Made by a program: the position numbers and the translations under genes. Below the pieces are notes generated by a model. It ran no database searches. It saw only the letters and a list, made by a program, of their open reading frames with translations, and was not told the origin of the DNA. A stretch of 64,000 nucleotides of DNA from positions 47,928,001 to 47,992,000 of the forward strand of contig NC_045696.1 of assembly GCF_009834535.1 (NCBI RefSeq). The letters run 5' to 3'. Shown here piece by piece: positions 1 through 11,280 of the stretch. Origin of the DNA: Camelus ferus. Taxonomy: Eukaryota. Numbering within the stretch: the first letter of the stretch is position 1; the number at the start of each line of letters is the position of its first letter.

Positions 1-109
1 CCAGTTTGAATCCCAGCCTGCATCGTTAGTTGGCACATAATGAAATATCAACAGGAGCTCATGTAAGTCCAACTTGGATTCATGTAGCTCACCAATTGTT
101 AGAGGCTGT

Positions 110-330
110 TTAGTGGTTAACTTTGGGGAGGAGGAAAGGAGTAGTGACAGTAAGGGCAAAGGGAGGCCCTTAGATGTTAATATTTTATTTCTTGATTTTG
201 GTGGTGGTTACACGACTGTTTATCTTGTGGTAATTCATCAGGCTGTACAATTATGATGCCTGAATCTTCCTGCATGTACTGCTTCAGGAAGTATATTTAA
301 ATGTTTATTAGTTAAAAAGAAAAAAGAAAA
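110..330 (+). mobile_element. Old L1 (L1M-type) 3' end fragment
   Basis: Typical L1MC/ME 3'UTR motifs (ttcttgattttggtggtggttacac, attcatcaggctgtac) ending in an A-rich tract. Confidence 0.55.
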
Positions 331-1009
331 AGGATCCTAAAAAGTAGTGAGAGACTTCTATAATCCACAAACCCAGAGGGGAAAATATTTTATAAAACCC
401 ATGCCTAAAATAAAAAACATTGAATAATATCACAGTTATTATTAAAACTAGGTAGAAAATACAAAATTTTAGTGATTATCCACAAGTTGATGTACATCTA
501 GGCAGTAGTTAGTAAATGCTGTTTAGAGGTCAATGTGTAGATTGAATAAAACTCTTTGATTAGGAGATTTTTCCTGCTACCTCTGGAGTTCTGAGATGTC
601 ACTCACCAATCTTTAGGAATGATTATCATGAAATAGTAACCACAACAGTGTAAATGGTTTAGTATTTTTATTACACAAGCATTTAAAAGATAACTCAGAA
701 GAAAATTTGCAAGCATCACGTATTTTTTTTTTACTCTGAAGACTAGTGTTTTACGAAAGACAGTTTGGGAAATGTTGGCTTAGATTTTAACCTTATGGGT
801 AATGGGAAGCTATTTAGTATTTTAAGAGTGGGAATGACAGTCTCCTTTTCAGCAGTGGATTTGTCTACTAAAAGTAGAGAAATAACAGGCATGGATGGTT
901 TCAGTAGTTAAGGCAAGAGATGATGAGAACCTTAATTCTGTTGATTAGCAGGGTCGGTTGAGAAGAGAGAACTGATGGAAGAAATTTCAAGGTGGTGAAG
1001 TGGACAGGC

Positions 1010-1593
1010 AAGGCAGCGGACACTGTGATGCAGGCCCGGATGCCTCCTGAGTGATGTTCCCTTGCTCCAGTTGCTGGGAGTGCCATTGGCAGACAGCCGG
1101 CAGCTGCCAGCCCCTCCAGGGACAGTCTCAGCAGCAGAGGGACCTTGACCACATGCAGCAGCTGACGAGGAGCAGTCTCAGCGTCGTGAATGTGCACCCT
1201 GTGCAGCCACGCAGAAGGGGCTAGGGCTTGGCTTCATGTTCTGCTGTTGTCCCTCTTGGAAATCTTAATTTTTAAATAGAGCCTTGCATTTTCAGTTTGC
1301 CCTGGACTCTGCAGATCATGTAGCTGGTATTGATGATGGTGTATACAGGCTTTGCCGTCTAAGCCCGTTCAAGGCAACTCTCAGAAGTCCCCTCTATCTT
1401 TCAAGCTCCTGATGGAGCCAGCTCAGGCAGTTGTTAGGGCTACAGTAGAGCTTGACATTCACATCTTCTCCTGCTTAATCCTGGTGGGTTTCCCTTTCTT
1501 CTACAGGTGTTGGTCCCAGGGTCACTCCTTCATAAACTTCTGACCCACTAACCTCCACCTTAGGGTCTGCCTCCTGGTGAACTCAGTCTGCAA
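1010..1593. mobile_element. LTR16-like ERVL solo LTR, split by a hAT MITE
   Basis: LTR16-like motifs (ccagttgctgggagtg; ctacaggtgttggtcccagggtcactccttcataaacttc; agggtctgcctcctggtgaactc) on both sides of an insert. Confidence 0.6.
1167..1330. mobile_element. hAT-Tip100-type MITE (MER69/MER91/Arthur1-like)
   Basis: Motifs ctgtgcagccac, ttctgctgttgtccctcttggaaatcttaat, ttgcattttcagtttgccctggactctgcagatcatgtagctgg. Confidence 0.55.
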
Positions 1594-1599
1594 CTGGGG

Positions 1600-2180
1600 C
1601 ATTTTGAATGTGGGAGCCGAAGGGTGAGAGAGGAGTCAAGGACAACTCTGAGCTTGTTGGCCTTGACTTAGTAGATGGTGATGCCACGTATTCACAGAGA
1701 AGGGCACTCAAAAGAGGAGGAGCAGTTTGAAGAGGGAACGACAAATAAGGAGGCGTTGTCATATGAAGAGTTTAAGATTTCAGTTTTGTACTTTTAATTT
1801 TGATGTGACTGAAGGCCACCCAGGAGGAGATGACTAGTTGTGAGATGTTAACCTGCACAGAGGTTTGGATTGGGGTCATGGGCTGATTGCAAGGAGTGAA
1901 TGTCATTGCCCAAGAATAGTGTATAGACAGAGGGCTACAAGGAGACAACCACTAAGAGCTGAGCAAACATCCTGCAGAAGGGAGGAGAGAGAGCCACCTG
2001 GGAGAGAGGAGAACCAGGAGAGTGTGTGTGTGGACAGGAGCCTGATGGAAGTGAGTTGACATGTATGGTATTCGGAGGTAAGAAAGGGGAGACCAGAGAC
2101 GCAAGCCATTTCATCCTGAAATGTGATTGCGAAAGGAAGGCAAGAGACTGGGGCTGCTGGTAGAGGTACAAGCTCAAGGA
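1600..2180 (-). mobile_element. L2 LINE fragment
   Basis: Purine-rich L2 antisense motifs (gaggagtcaagga, gagtttaagatttcagttttg, gaggagaaccaggagagtgtg). Confidence 0.6.
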
Positions 2181-2224
2181 AGATTTTTAAAATGTTTTTA
2201 AAGTGAAAAGCAGGTTATTTATTT

Positions 2225-2272
2225 TGCACACCTATCTTAGAAGAGGCATGCACACCTTTCTTAGAAGAGGCA
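2225..2272. repeat. 24-bp tandem duplication
   Basis: tgcacacctatcttagaagaggca followed by tgcacacctttcttagaagaggca (1 mismatch). Confidence 0.9.
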
Positions 2273-2799
2273 TTCTAGAATGACTGGCATAAATGGTATC
2301 TTTTCTGTTAGTCTTTGAATCAAGCCTTCACCTCTCTCTCCCCCATAGATCCTTTAAAATGGTGGCATTTAATTCTAGCTTTTGTCAAGTGGAAATTTCC
2401 TGGAAATCCTTCAAAATGGGTGGGGCTTTTAAACTAGGGGAAATGATGAACCTCGTCTCCCCGGTTCATCCCTGTTTCAGATTTTTGCAGAGTGGCGAAT
2501 CACTAGAGGGCGTACCTGTCACATTGCCTTAGAAACGGGATGGCTATTGGTGAATTCAGGCAGAGCCCAGAGGAGGGCTGAGAGGAGGAGGGAAGATTTT
2601 AATGCTGTGCCTTGGTGTTTAGGTCTCGATCAAAGGCAGTGAGTCCCCAGGGATCACCTCTTGGTTTTGGCTGTCGTGGTAGGAACTTATTGACAAGTCG
2701 GAGGATAACGAGGATATCCTCTTCCTTTTTGCCTTCAAAAATTGCTTTATTTGCCTTCATTGTTTTCATTTGATCTGATCTGTTTCCTCTGTCGTTTCT

Positions 2800-2990
2800 T
2801 AAGCAAACATTTATTAAGCACTGCCGTGATTATTCAGGCACACCAGATGCTGGTGACATGACAGTGAACAAAACAGACAAAAATCTTTGCCATCGTGGAG
2901 CGTATATTCTAGTGAGAGACCAAAAATAAACAAGATAAGTTAATCTATATAGTATATTATAAGCTGTTATATGCTGTGGAGAAAGGGAGT
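2800..2990 (-). mobile_element. L2 3' end
   Basis: aaacatttattaagcac...cagtgaacaaaacagacaaaaatc...catcgtggagcgtatattctag. Confidence 0.7.
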
Positions 2991-3243
2991 TGCAATCAGG
3001 CTACCTGCTTATACAGTTTGTCCTACATTAAGTCTGTTAGGCAAGTCATAAGTAGGGGCTGAACCAGGGCCAGTCTGCTGGGGAGAAAGGTGCCTTTTCC
3101 TGACTAATGGTGGGGCTTCAGGAGGTGACCAAAATATCTGCCTTTAAATGGGGCACTCCTTGAAATGTCCTTTTGGCAATATTGAGTTCCTGAACTTTTT
3201 TTTGGAAAGGCTGACATTTTACTTAGAGAAAAAAAATTTTTTT

Positions 3244-3363
3244 GAAGGAGGGAGGAAATAAGGTTTATTTATTTGTTTATTTAATGGAGGTACTGGGGAT
3301 TGAACCCAGGACCACATGAATGCTAAGCACACACTCTTATCACTGAGCTATACCTTCCCCACC
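3244..3363 (-). mobile_element. Vic-1-like tRNA-Ala-derived SINE (camelid)
   Basis: Minus strand reads ggtggggaaggtatagctcagtg (A box)...gggttcaatcccc (B box)...aataaataaacct; TSD agttcctgaactttt at 3185-3199 and 3365-3379. Confidence 0.9.
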
Positions 3364-4697
3364 AAGTTCCTGAACTTTTGAAGTCTTCACCTAAATTTTA
3401 CAAACTCCATACTATAACTCTAAGCCTTTTTTATTGATGAAAAAAATCAGGTATTTTAGAATTAAGACCTTACTAAAGTCTGCAGCATTCCATCAATTGT
3501 ATTCACCTTATCTACATAACCTGTCAGCTGTCTTCGAATAGCCAGTGGGTTTAATGGGATTTCTCCTTCAGAGAGTCAGGCTGAGCATTCTTCCGTACCT
3601 GGCATTGTTGATATTTTTGCATTAATTATATGAAGATTAAATCCAATATCTTTTTGGGACTTCAAGTGAAGCTGAATAGTCTATGATTTATGGGGCTATG
3701 ACAATTTTTCTTTAAAAATGAACATAACTTCTGCCCTTTTCAGGCATAGCACAGATGTCCTGTCTTCCAGTATTTCTTAGTCAGAGCTAATGGCTTGGCA
3801 GTGTGGGCTAATTTCTTGGGTATTTTAAGTTGGATGCCAATTAGCCCTCTCTATCTAAAACACATTTCAACATTTTCTTCCCAAGACAAGTCAGTCTTGA
3901 CTTGTCTGCCACTCTTTTGGTATAGATGGTGCATATTACGTGTATGAAATTGCAGTGACTTGTTTAAAAAGTTAAGATTGAGGTTTGAGAACTTCTAGTC
4001 TATCTAGAGAGATCAGCTATGAAGTATCCCATGTAAAAAGAGGGCAACATTTTCACTGCACTTCTTCTTTCTCCTGATACCATTAATAACGTTTTCTTTC
4101 TACTTTTTATTTTCCTTGCAATTTATTATTTTGCTTGGGCAACTGATTTTGTCCTGTAAGCCTCTGTACTCTCTCTCAATGAGAATGAGACCTTGTGGTT
4201 AGTCTCAGAATGGTAGAAAATCCAATTTAGAGTTGGTAGAGGAAAAGACAGAGAAAGACACTGGCCTGTGTGGGTGAGGATCATTCTAACCACTTTGGAT
4301 AGTAAGAAAATTAAATACTAATTAGAATTATTGAGCCTCATTGTCTTTTCCTATTTATTCTATTTCTCTCTGCCTCTGTCTTTCTCTACCACCTTGCCAG
4401 GCATCCTCAGTGATTCTTTTCTTGGGTTAAAGCCAGATGCTCAGTCACTGCAAGAGTCCTTCCCAGTGAAAGCACCAACCGTTTCCTGAGTCTGTCTTCA
4501 TTTACCTTTAAATTTTTCTCCCCTTTATTCATCTTCATTACATTCTCTTGGTGTCTATTGGTGAAGGGATGCAGTTCTTCAAATACAGTCTAATTGCAGC
4601 AAAGTTAAATTGGAAACAGAAAGAAGCTGGCTATGCTGAATATATTCCATATTTATTCTAAATTTCTTTAAACCTCAGGTACATATGCCTACATTTA

Positions 4698-4699
<2 letters not shown>

Positions 4700-4767
<68 letters not shown>

Positions 4768-4768
4768 A
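4700..4768. repeat. Compound microsatellite (CT)n(AT)n
   Basis: Direct read. Confidence 0.97.
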
Positions 4769-4839
4769 GAGTATATATAAGAAAAGGAGAAGAAAAAGGG
4801 TCTGTCCTTTCTTCCCTGCAAAATGGTATCACATATGAC

Positions 4840-4980
4840 CATGAGAGACTGAATATACAAACGGACAATGGCTGGACCATATATACAAATAGAACTGTGG
4901 CTCCCAACCTGCAGGAACCTGTGCAGGAAATCAACCTCCTTATCTATAATAAACAGCCCAGGAAGCCAGCCAGCTATAAA
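4840..4980 (+). mobile_element. 5' part of an ERVL-type LTR (MER54/MER73/MER74-like)
   Basis: gaccatat...aaatagaact...caacctgcagg...ccttatctataataaacagcccaggaagccagcc; the matching 3' end reappears at about 8050-8113. Confidence 0.55.
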
Positions 4981-5130
4981 TGGAGGGGACCCACTTGGAA
5001 TTCCAGAGTTGATATGAAGATTACTTTAAACTGAAGACATCTGAATTTCAACATATTCAGAGAGAAGGCTTCTTGGAGCTTCGTTTATCTCACAAAAAGT
5101 AGCACCTCCTGGGAAATGAGGCTACCTATT
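4981..5130 (+). mobile_element. MER34-like LTR 5' fragment
   Basis: tggagggg start; atatgaagattactttaaactgaagacat motif. Confidence 0.45.
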
Positions 5131-5399
5131 TGGGACACTAGGAGGTGAACTCCCTGGTCTAGTGAGGAGAATGAAGAGGGGGATATTGCGGTGATCGATG
5201 ATGAAATGGATAAAATCCCCCCCACAGTCCGGTCCCTAGTGCAGAGGAAAGGCAAGCACAGCAACTGTAGTCCCAGGCAGCAGGGCAACACCCAGCTTGG
5301 GAAATGTTCAGGAGAGAATAGACTCACCTAAGCTTGCTGTTATAGCCACCAAGTTCCAGGGAAAGGCCAGGGAGAGGCCCCGCCAGGCTGGTGTGACGA

Positions 5400-5750
5400 T
5401 GGGACGCGGGTGTGATGGTGGTTCTCTGACTGGGCAGGAGGCAGAGAAGATGAGCAACGTCACCACACACCCTGCCCTCTGGAAGGGCCTGCATGGTGCT
5501 CAGGCGGTTCAAGGAACTCACCCCTAGTAGATTGGATTGTTCTAGCCTGTAGAGAGGCTTGGCCAATGATGGGGAACCTCCCTGGGCATGTGGGAACCTG
5601 GAAACCTATACAGGAGATACAACAAATTCTTAGGGAGTTGGGAATGAGACAGACAATCTATGCCCCTGCCTTTAAAGGTCCCGATCCAGTCACATTCACT
5701 GCAGAAGTGAAAGCAAAAATATTTCAAGTCTATCCTCAGCACCTGCTACA
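5400..5750 (+). pseudogene. gag: ERV gag remnant (ERV-S-like)
   Basis: ORFs 5297-5527 and 5566-5820 contain EKMSNVTTHPAL and ILRELGMRQTIY...GPD..FT, resembling HERV-S Gag as I recall it; stops and frameshifts present. Confidence 0.65.
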
Positions 5751-6479
5751 AGATGCTGGTATCCATGCTGAGCCCAGTCATAGAACAAGATGTTTATGGT
5801 GTTGGGCAATCCATTGCTGATCTGGGGGAAACCGACGATTCCCGGGAACAGGTATGAGCTATGGGAAAGGCAGACGGAGAGGGAACTTGAAAAGCCAAAA
5901 GGCTATCCCAATCCTCTATATAGGGTTCGGCAAAAGTAACCCAGAAACAAGTGTGGTTTGACGTCATTGCTACCAGGAGTCCATGTGAAAAGACAGACCA
6001 GCAAGCCAATGCTATGTTGTTGGCCTGTGGAAAGCCTTAAAACCTGAACATGACCTCAGACCTGCCACACCTGCCCCTACCAGTCCATCTCCTCAGGCCT
6101 GACAGCGCTGCCTCCTCTGGCCAACGTGTGTGCAAAACCAGGCACATTCCTAAAGCTGTAGCCACATTTACATCTAAGGCTCAGGCCAGAAGTGTAATTC
6201 TTACAGAAAAAGAAGACCATTCTATACAGTTCTTACTACATATTTTTTTTGATCTTGGACTCCTGCTGCTCCTGTGGCATCTGGTCATGGGATGGGCACC
6301 TTATGGAAATATCTGTCTACAGTGGGCCCATGTGTGTGCCTGGTAAAGCAATCCATCCAGCTATTGGGTATGTGGGCAGCTGCCCCTCTAGCTCGTCAGG
6401 ACTTGATGGTGGGTATCAGCACTCCCGGGAGGAGACTGGAAGGCCCTGCAGCAGTACACTGAGGAAGAACAAGGTAGGG

Positions 6480-7520
6480 CTAGTAGTCTTAATTCGCCTG
6501 ATGTCACCAATACTGATCCAGAAACCTGGCCTGAGTTTCACAGTATCAGTAACACTGGGCGCGGGTGTTCTTTTTCTGTGAACCTACACAGGCAGCCCAT
6601 CAAACTGCTGACCTGAAGGGTCCTAAAAGTACCACCATCAGAGCCACGGGTGGCTATGCTTAGACTTGAGATGGGTTCATATCGCTCACTCAGGGTTATG
6701 GACATTTGAACCCAGGCACCCCTCTGCTGGGGACAGAAAAGTCACTCTAAACAGAACCAACACAGTTACATCAGGGCTATGGGGTGAATGTCATTGGAAC
6801 TGTGTAGTCATTCTGTCAGATTAAAGGATAGTGACTAGTTGGGCACTGGTTGGTCATACCTCCCAGGTGTACCTCCCAGGTATTTGTTGGGTAGCCCCGA
6901 ATAGGTAGTCATGGCTTCTACCTGGGTGGTTGGGCCGTGGGACCCTGGGTTCCCCTGGGTACAGGGGAGAATCCTCCCACAGTAACAAAAATTGCTAACC
7001 TCCCTCTCCTCGAGCCCAATGATCACATCCTGTTTCCCACTGGTATAATCATCTGGCCGCCGTCCTGGTCCGCCTCTGGCCTGGAGGACATTATTCCACA
7101 CACAGAAGCCTTTATTAAATCACCCAGCAAACCTTAATGGCAGCCAGCAAAGCCTGTCCTTACTGAACACTGACATGTCTCTTGGTATTTGGACATTATG
7201 CTGAGAGTATGATGGCCTTGGACATTATTACTGCCTCACAAGGAATCATCTGTGCCATTACCCAAACAGTGTTGTGTGTTCATACCTGATGAATCTGCTA
7301 ATATATCATCTTTACTAAGTCACATGGAGACACAAGTAAATTTCCTAAGTGATCTAACCCTCAGCCCAGGAGATTTAATAAATCAGTGATCTGGATCAGG
7401 GGACTCTTGGTGGAAAGAAATTTTTACTTATTTTGGGAATCGTTATCCTAATAGGTGTTGTCTCATGCATGTGCCTCTGTTGCTGCTGTGGTATCTGCCT
7501 TCAGCGCAGGCGGAGAGCCT
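6480..7520 (+). pseudogene. env: ERV env remnant (gamma-type TM subunit)
   Basis: From 7212 MALDIITASQGIICAITQT, then after a frameshift CCVFIPDESANISSLL (immunosuppressive domain plus CX6CC); fusion-peptide-like WYNHLAAV at about 7041; WW plus hydrophobic TM and Cys-rich tail at 7408-7500. Confidence 0.85.
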
Positions 7521-7586
7521 GAGCCACCTACACGCTGGTGGAGCCCCTTGCTGACCTTTCTGGGCACGCTGCGGAAGAGGAGGGCG

Positions 7587-8001
7587 TGTGAAATTGTAGG
7601 AGCCGGTCACGAGGGTGGAGGGCGGGGGAGGTCATAGAGAGGACGTGCCTACTCGTCAACCTTTGAGCTGGATCCAGGAATCAGACGCTTCTCACTCCTC
7701 CCCTGTCCTTGGGATGTATGTTCTGCCCACCATTCCTGCAGCTGGAACCATTTTCAAGGATGCAGCCTTGAGACAGCAAGGTGTGATTGAGACCATCTCG
7801 ACTGTGGACGTGAGTGAACCCAGGTACGGCCTCCATATAAACTTTTAAGATTCTGTGGTGGGTGCAGAGATCTACTTGTTTTGTGGCTGCCGTGGCCAAG
7901 CTTCGTAAGTAAGTTGTGTTGCGTGTTAAACCTGCTGTACCAATCTTGGGTGGCTGCCTCTGTCGTCAGCCTCTGTCCTCTGTGTTTGGGGGCCAGTTAC
8001 A
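7587..8001 (+). mobile_element. 3' LTR of the ERV
   Basis: Follows the PPT; begins TG, ends ...gccagttaCA; TATA-like atataaa at about 7835; attaaa-like gttaaa at about 7925. Confidence 0.75.
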
Positions 8002-8044
8002 GTGTTCACTCAGGAAGCTTCCGAGTTTTTGCACCAATGCACCG

Positions 8045-8113
8045 TTTTGATAAAAAGCTCTGAGTGAGCAGCTTTGGCTTTTCTCCTTTGGTTGGTCTTG
8101 CTTTATTTCCACA
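8045..8113 (+). mobile_element. 3' end of the ERVL-type LTR begun at about 4840
   Basis: aagctctgag...tttggttggtcttgctttatttccaCA. Confidence 0.5.
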
Positions 8114-8138
8114 ACCATGTGTTTCATTTGTACCATTT

Positions 8139-8178
8139 AGACGAGATCGGGCGCGTTCAGGGTGGTATGGCCATAGAC
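8139..8178 (-). pseudogene. 3'-truncated (tailless) 5S rRNA retropseudogene, 5S nt 1-40
   Basis: Minus strand GTCTATGGCCATACCACCCTGAACGCGCCCGATCTCGTCT matches the mammalian 5S 5' end with one C>T; TSD tcatt(t/c)gtaccatttaga at 8124-8141 and 8179-8196. Confidence 0.95.
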
Positions 8179-9244
8179 TCATTCGTACCATTTAGAAATC
8201 TCTTTGGAATAACTTGCAAAGTAAAATAAAGAAAAATAAATATTTATTTGCTATGATACTTTCTGTATATGTTTTATTTCTTTAAGTTCTCTACTGAGGT
8301 TTTGAAATTCTCTCTGGTGCAGGTAGTACAAAAATCTTATTTGAAGCAAATCAGTTAATCCTAAAGAGGACAGAAAAATCAATAAGAGGTAGCTGCAAAT
8401 AAACCTACTATTCTCTAAGCTCTTGAAAAGCCTCAAACAGCACAAATTGTCTGCATTTTAATAAAAGTATTTACACACTGATTTTAGTTGTAAAGGAGAT
8501 GAGAAAATTTAAGTATTAACAGCCTGGGACTCTGAAAACGAAGTGTTTTGTCTCATAGAGCCTTTTTTGTCAGAGAAAAAAGGTCTTCAGAAATTTCGTA
8601 AAGTTTTACATTTGAAGCAGCTTTTGTCAGTAGCCCTCCACACGCATCACGAAACCAACCACCAAAAAGGTACAGAGAGTAAATACCCCAGACTAGCTAA
8701 GCCTGGAGCAATTAAAATACCACTGGATTCTGGATAGGTTAATGTTTATGCTAATACTTTTACACAATGAGATTTGGGAACAGCCTTACCCTCAACTGCC
8801 AAAAGTCGGCTGGTGCAAACGGACTTGGACTGTGGAGTGGGAATTGGGGGTAGGGGCTGGAATGTGTCTGAGATATTATATTTGATTTTATATAATTAAG
8901 TTCCTAGTTCAGTGGTGGGAACCTGACGCACAATTTAGAAGTAACTGGTAACATTTCTCTCCGGGAATGCTGTAAAGGAAATTGATAATTTGATAAACTA
9001 ATCATTGTTTGTGGAAGGCCACAAAATGATCTCTGGAGTCTCATTTAATTCCAATCCTGAAGGATTCTGAATTGCTTTCATTCCTGGATATCTAGTCATG
9101 TCTTCTTTGCTGTTAGTACTTCTGCGATTTTTAGAACTGAAACACATTAAAGCGTAACTACACGTATTTAAAAACATTGTTAATACCGGCTAAATTTTTT
9201 TCCCTCCCAGAAAGTTCTTGACAAAAAAAAGCAAAACTCAACAT

Positions 9245-9475
9245 GCAGAGTGGAAAGAGCAGGGCCTTTGAGGCCAGACCGACTTGGGTTTGACTGTCCA
9301 CCTGCATATAATGATTAGCATGTGGTTTGGGGTTGGTTAGCCTTATGTTTGTGTGTGACCAGAGCCTCTGGACACTGTTTTCAACATCTTTTAAATTGGT
9401 GTAAAAATATTTATCTCCCAAAGGCTTTGGTGAGAATTAACTGTAAAGCGCATAGACTTGCTCAAAGCAAACAGT
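9245..9475 (+). mobile_element. MIR SINE
   Basis: gtggaaagagcagggcctttgaggccagac...gggtttga...gtgagaattaa...gtaaagcgc. Confidence 0.7.
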
Positions 9476-11089
9476 AGCAGAGAAATCTAGTTTCCTCATC
9501 TCTCTTTCCACTCCCCTCATTCGGTCTTACAAATGCCAGGCTGACTTTCAAATCAGGTCTGGTGAGTTCAAGCTCCAAATATCAGATGTCTCCATTATAA
9601 TCAGGCCCTCATGATCATTTATAGTTTGGAAAACTCATAGTTACTTTTTGTGGTTTGTTTTTTTTTTTTTTCCCCTACACTGGCAGGATTGGGAGGAGAT
9701 GGAAGCACCTGGTTATATGTCTCACTCCTAACTAACCCACTGGCCAAAATATAAGCTTTATTATAATGGGTTATTCGGAGAGCCCCATCCCTTTACATAC
9801 CCACCTGCAGACACTTCCTGTCACAGTGATGAAATTTGGTAGGCTCTGAGTTTCCTGTTTTCTTCCATGATAAAGCTAATTAAGCAAGAGCAATACAGAA
9901 AGCAGCCTTTTTTTTTTTAATCTCTTAATTAAAACCATTCTCATTTTCTAGATAAATGAGTTGAACTTGTTGATGAATGTGTGCGCCTGCTTTGAAAGGC
10001 ATGGGAATTACCATCGTAAGCACTTGCTCCATTTCTTTGGTGTTAAAGCAGAGCTACTTCATCTGTGTTATCACCATGTGAAGTTGAGTACACTCGAGCT
10101 AGCACAGGCCCTTTCAATGGAGGGTTTCAGCTTGAATCATGACTCCCCCAGGCTCAATTCTTTTGATATTAGCAGCTTAAATGTGCACAGCACAGAAGGA
10201 GGCTTTGTTTGGGGCTCAGAAAAGAGTAAATCATTCAGCATCTTTAAAATGTCCAGGATATTTGAATAATCACAACTGCACCGCAACTTTCTAATGTAAA
10301 ATATTAGAGGCGCCCTTAGTAGCAACAACAGCTTGGAGAGACTCTAATGGTCCCTCTTTAATTTTGTTGCTGACACCTGGCAACATGGCAACATTTGGAA
10401 CTATAAATAGAGTAGCAGGGAAGGAAGAGGAAAGCCGAACAGATTTCCTGTTGCTGCCTCAATACATAGAACGAGAAGGTCTTTAAAGAGAGAAGGGGGA
10501 AAAAATCACATCTGGAAAAGAATCAGGGATTCGTTCTATTTGAAGCGTGGCTGCCGCAGGGTCTGATGGAGTATACTGTAGTGAAAACACCCTGAACTCT
10601 AGTTGGATTTGCAAGAATCCTCATAATTATGGGTGAAGCTGCAGGAAGCTGTTTAATCTTTCCAGGAATAAACCCGATTGTTAAATCCCCAGGACTCTAG
10701 GCTATAAAACTAGGGGGTAGGAGCACTTTCTCCTCTATTAGGTTTTTCCATTTCTAATTATCCAGTGTTGGAAAAGGCAGAGGGGCAGACAAAGAGAGGA
10801 CTGGTAGAGTGAAGAGGGGAGGTCGAAGGTTCCCAAATAGCCTTACTGGGTCCTGGGAAAGGACCTAATTAGTAGTGTCAGCAAAGTAACCTACAGCCAG
10901 AGAGCATGGTAGAAACTGATAACTAGACTGTTAAGCTTAGTAACAGATGGAATAGACATAGAATTTCTGCCTGTGTCTCCATATGGGTTAGTGTCTTTCT
11001 TAGCTCTTTCTCTTAGAGAAATCTAGGATTATATGGAGGCAGAAAGTATCACTTTTGGTAGGTTGATCATCTATTAGCAGGTGTGAGGC

Positions 11090-11280
11090 TGTAAAGAGCA
11101 TAAACTGAGAAGGCTGAACAGACTGGGTTCCAGTCTCAGCCCTGCTTCACTAGCCTCATGATCTCAGACGTCAGATCTAGGTTTCCCAAGCCTTGGTTAT
11201 CAAAATCTTCCACCCCATAAATATACTGTGAGAACTGGATGAGATAATGCCTGTCGAGAGCCCAGGAGAATGCTGACAGT
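11090..11280 (+). mobile_element. MIR SINE
   Basis: agactgggttccagtctcagccctgc...tgtgagaactggatgagataatgc. Confidence 0.65.

Larger units (their letters stand above)
5131..7586 (+). mobile_element. Deleted ERV internal region (ERV-S/HERV-S-like class III gag-pro-pol remnant plus env)
   Basis: Gag-like peptides LTGQEAEKMSNVTTHPAL and QQILRELGMRQTIYAPAFKGPD; protease remnant; env TM motifs; polypurine tract gaagaggaggg before the 3' LTR. Confidence 0.8.

Noticed and set aside
3884..3907. Perfect 10-bp hairpin agacaagtca-gtct-tgacttgtct
   Set aside because: Isolated, too short for a miRNA or MITE, and plausible by chance in 64 kb
8139..8178. Functional 5S rRNA gene
   Set aside because: Only 40 of about 120 nt; the internal promoter and terminator are missing
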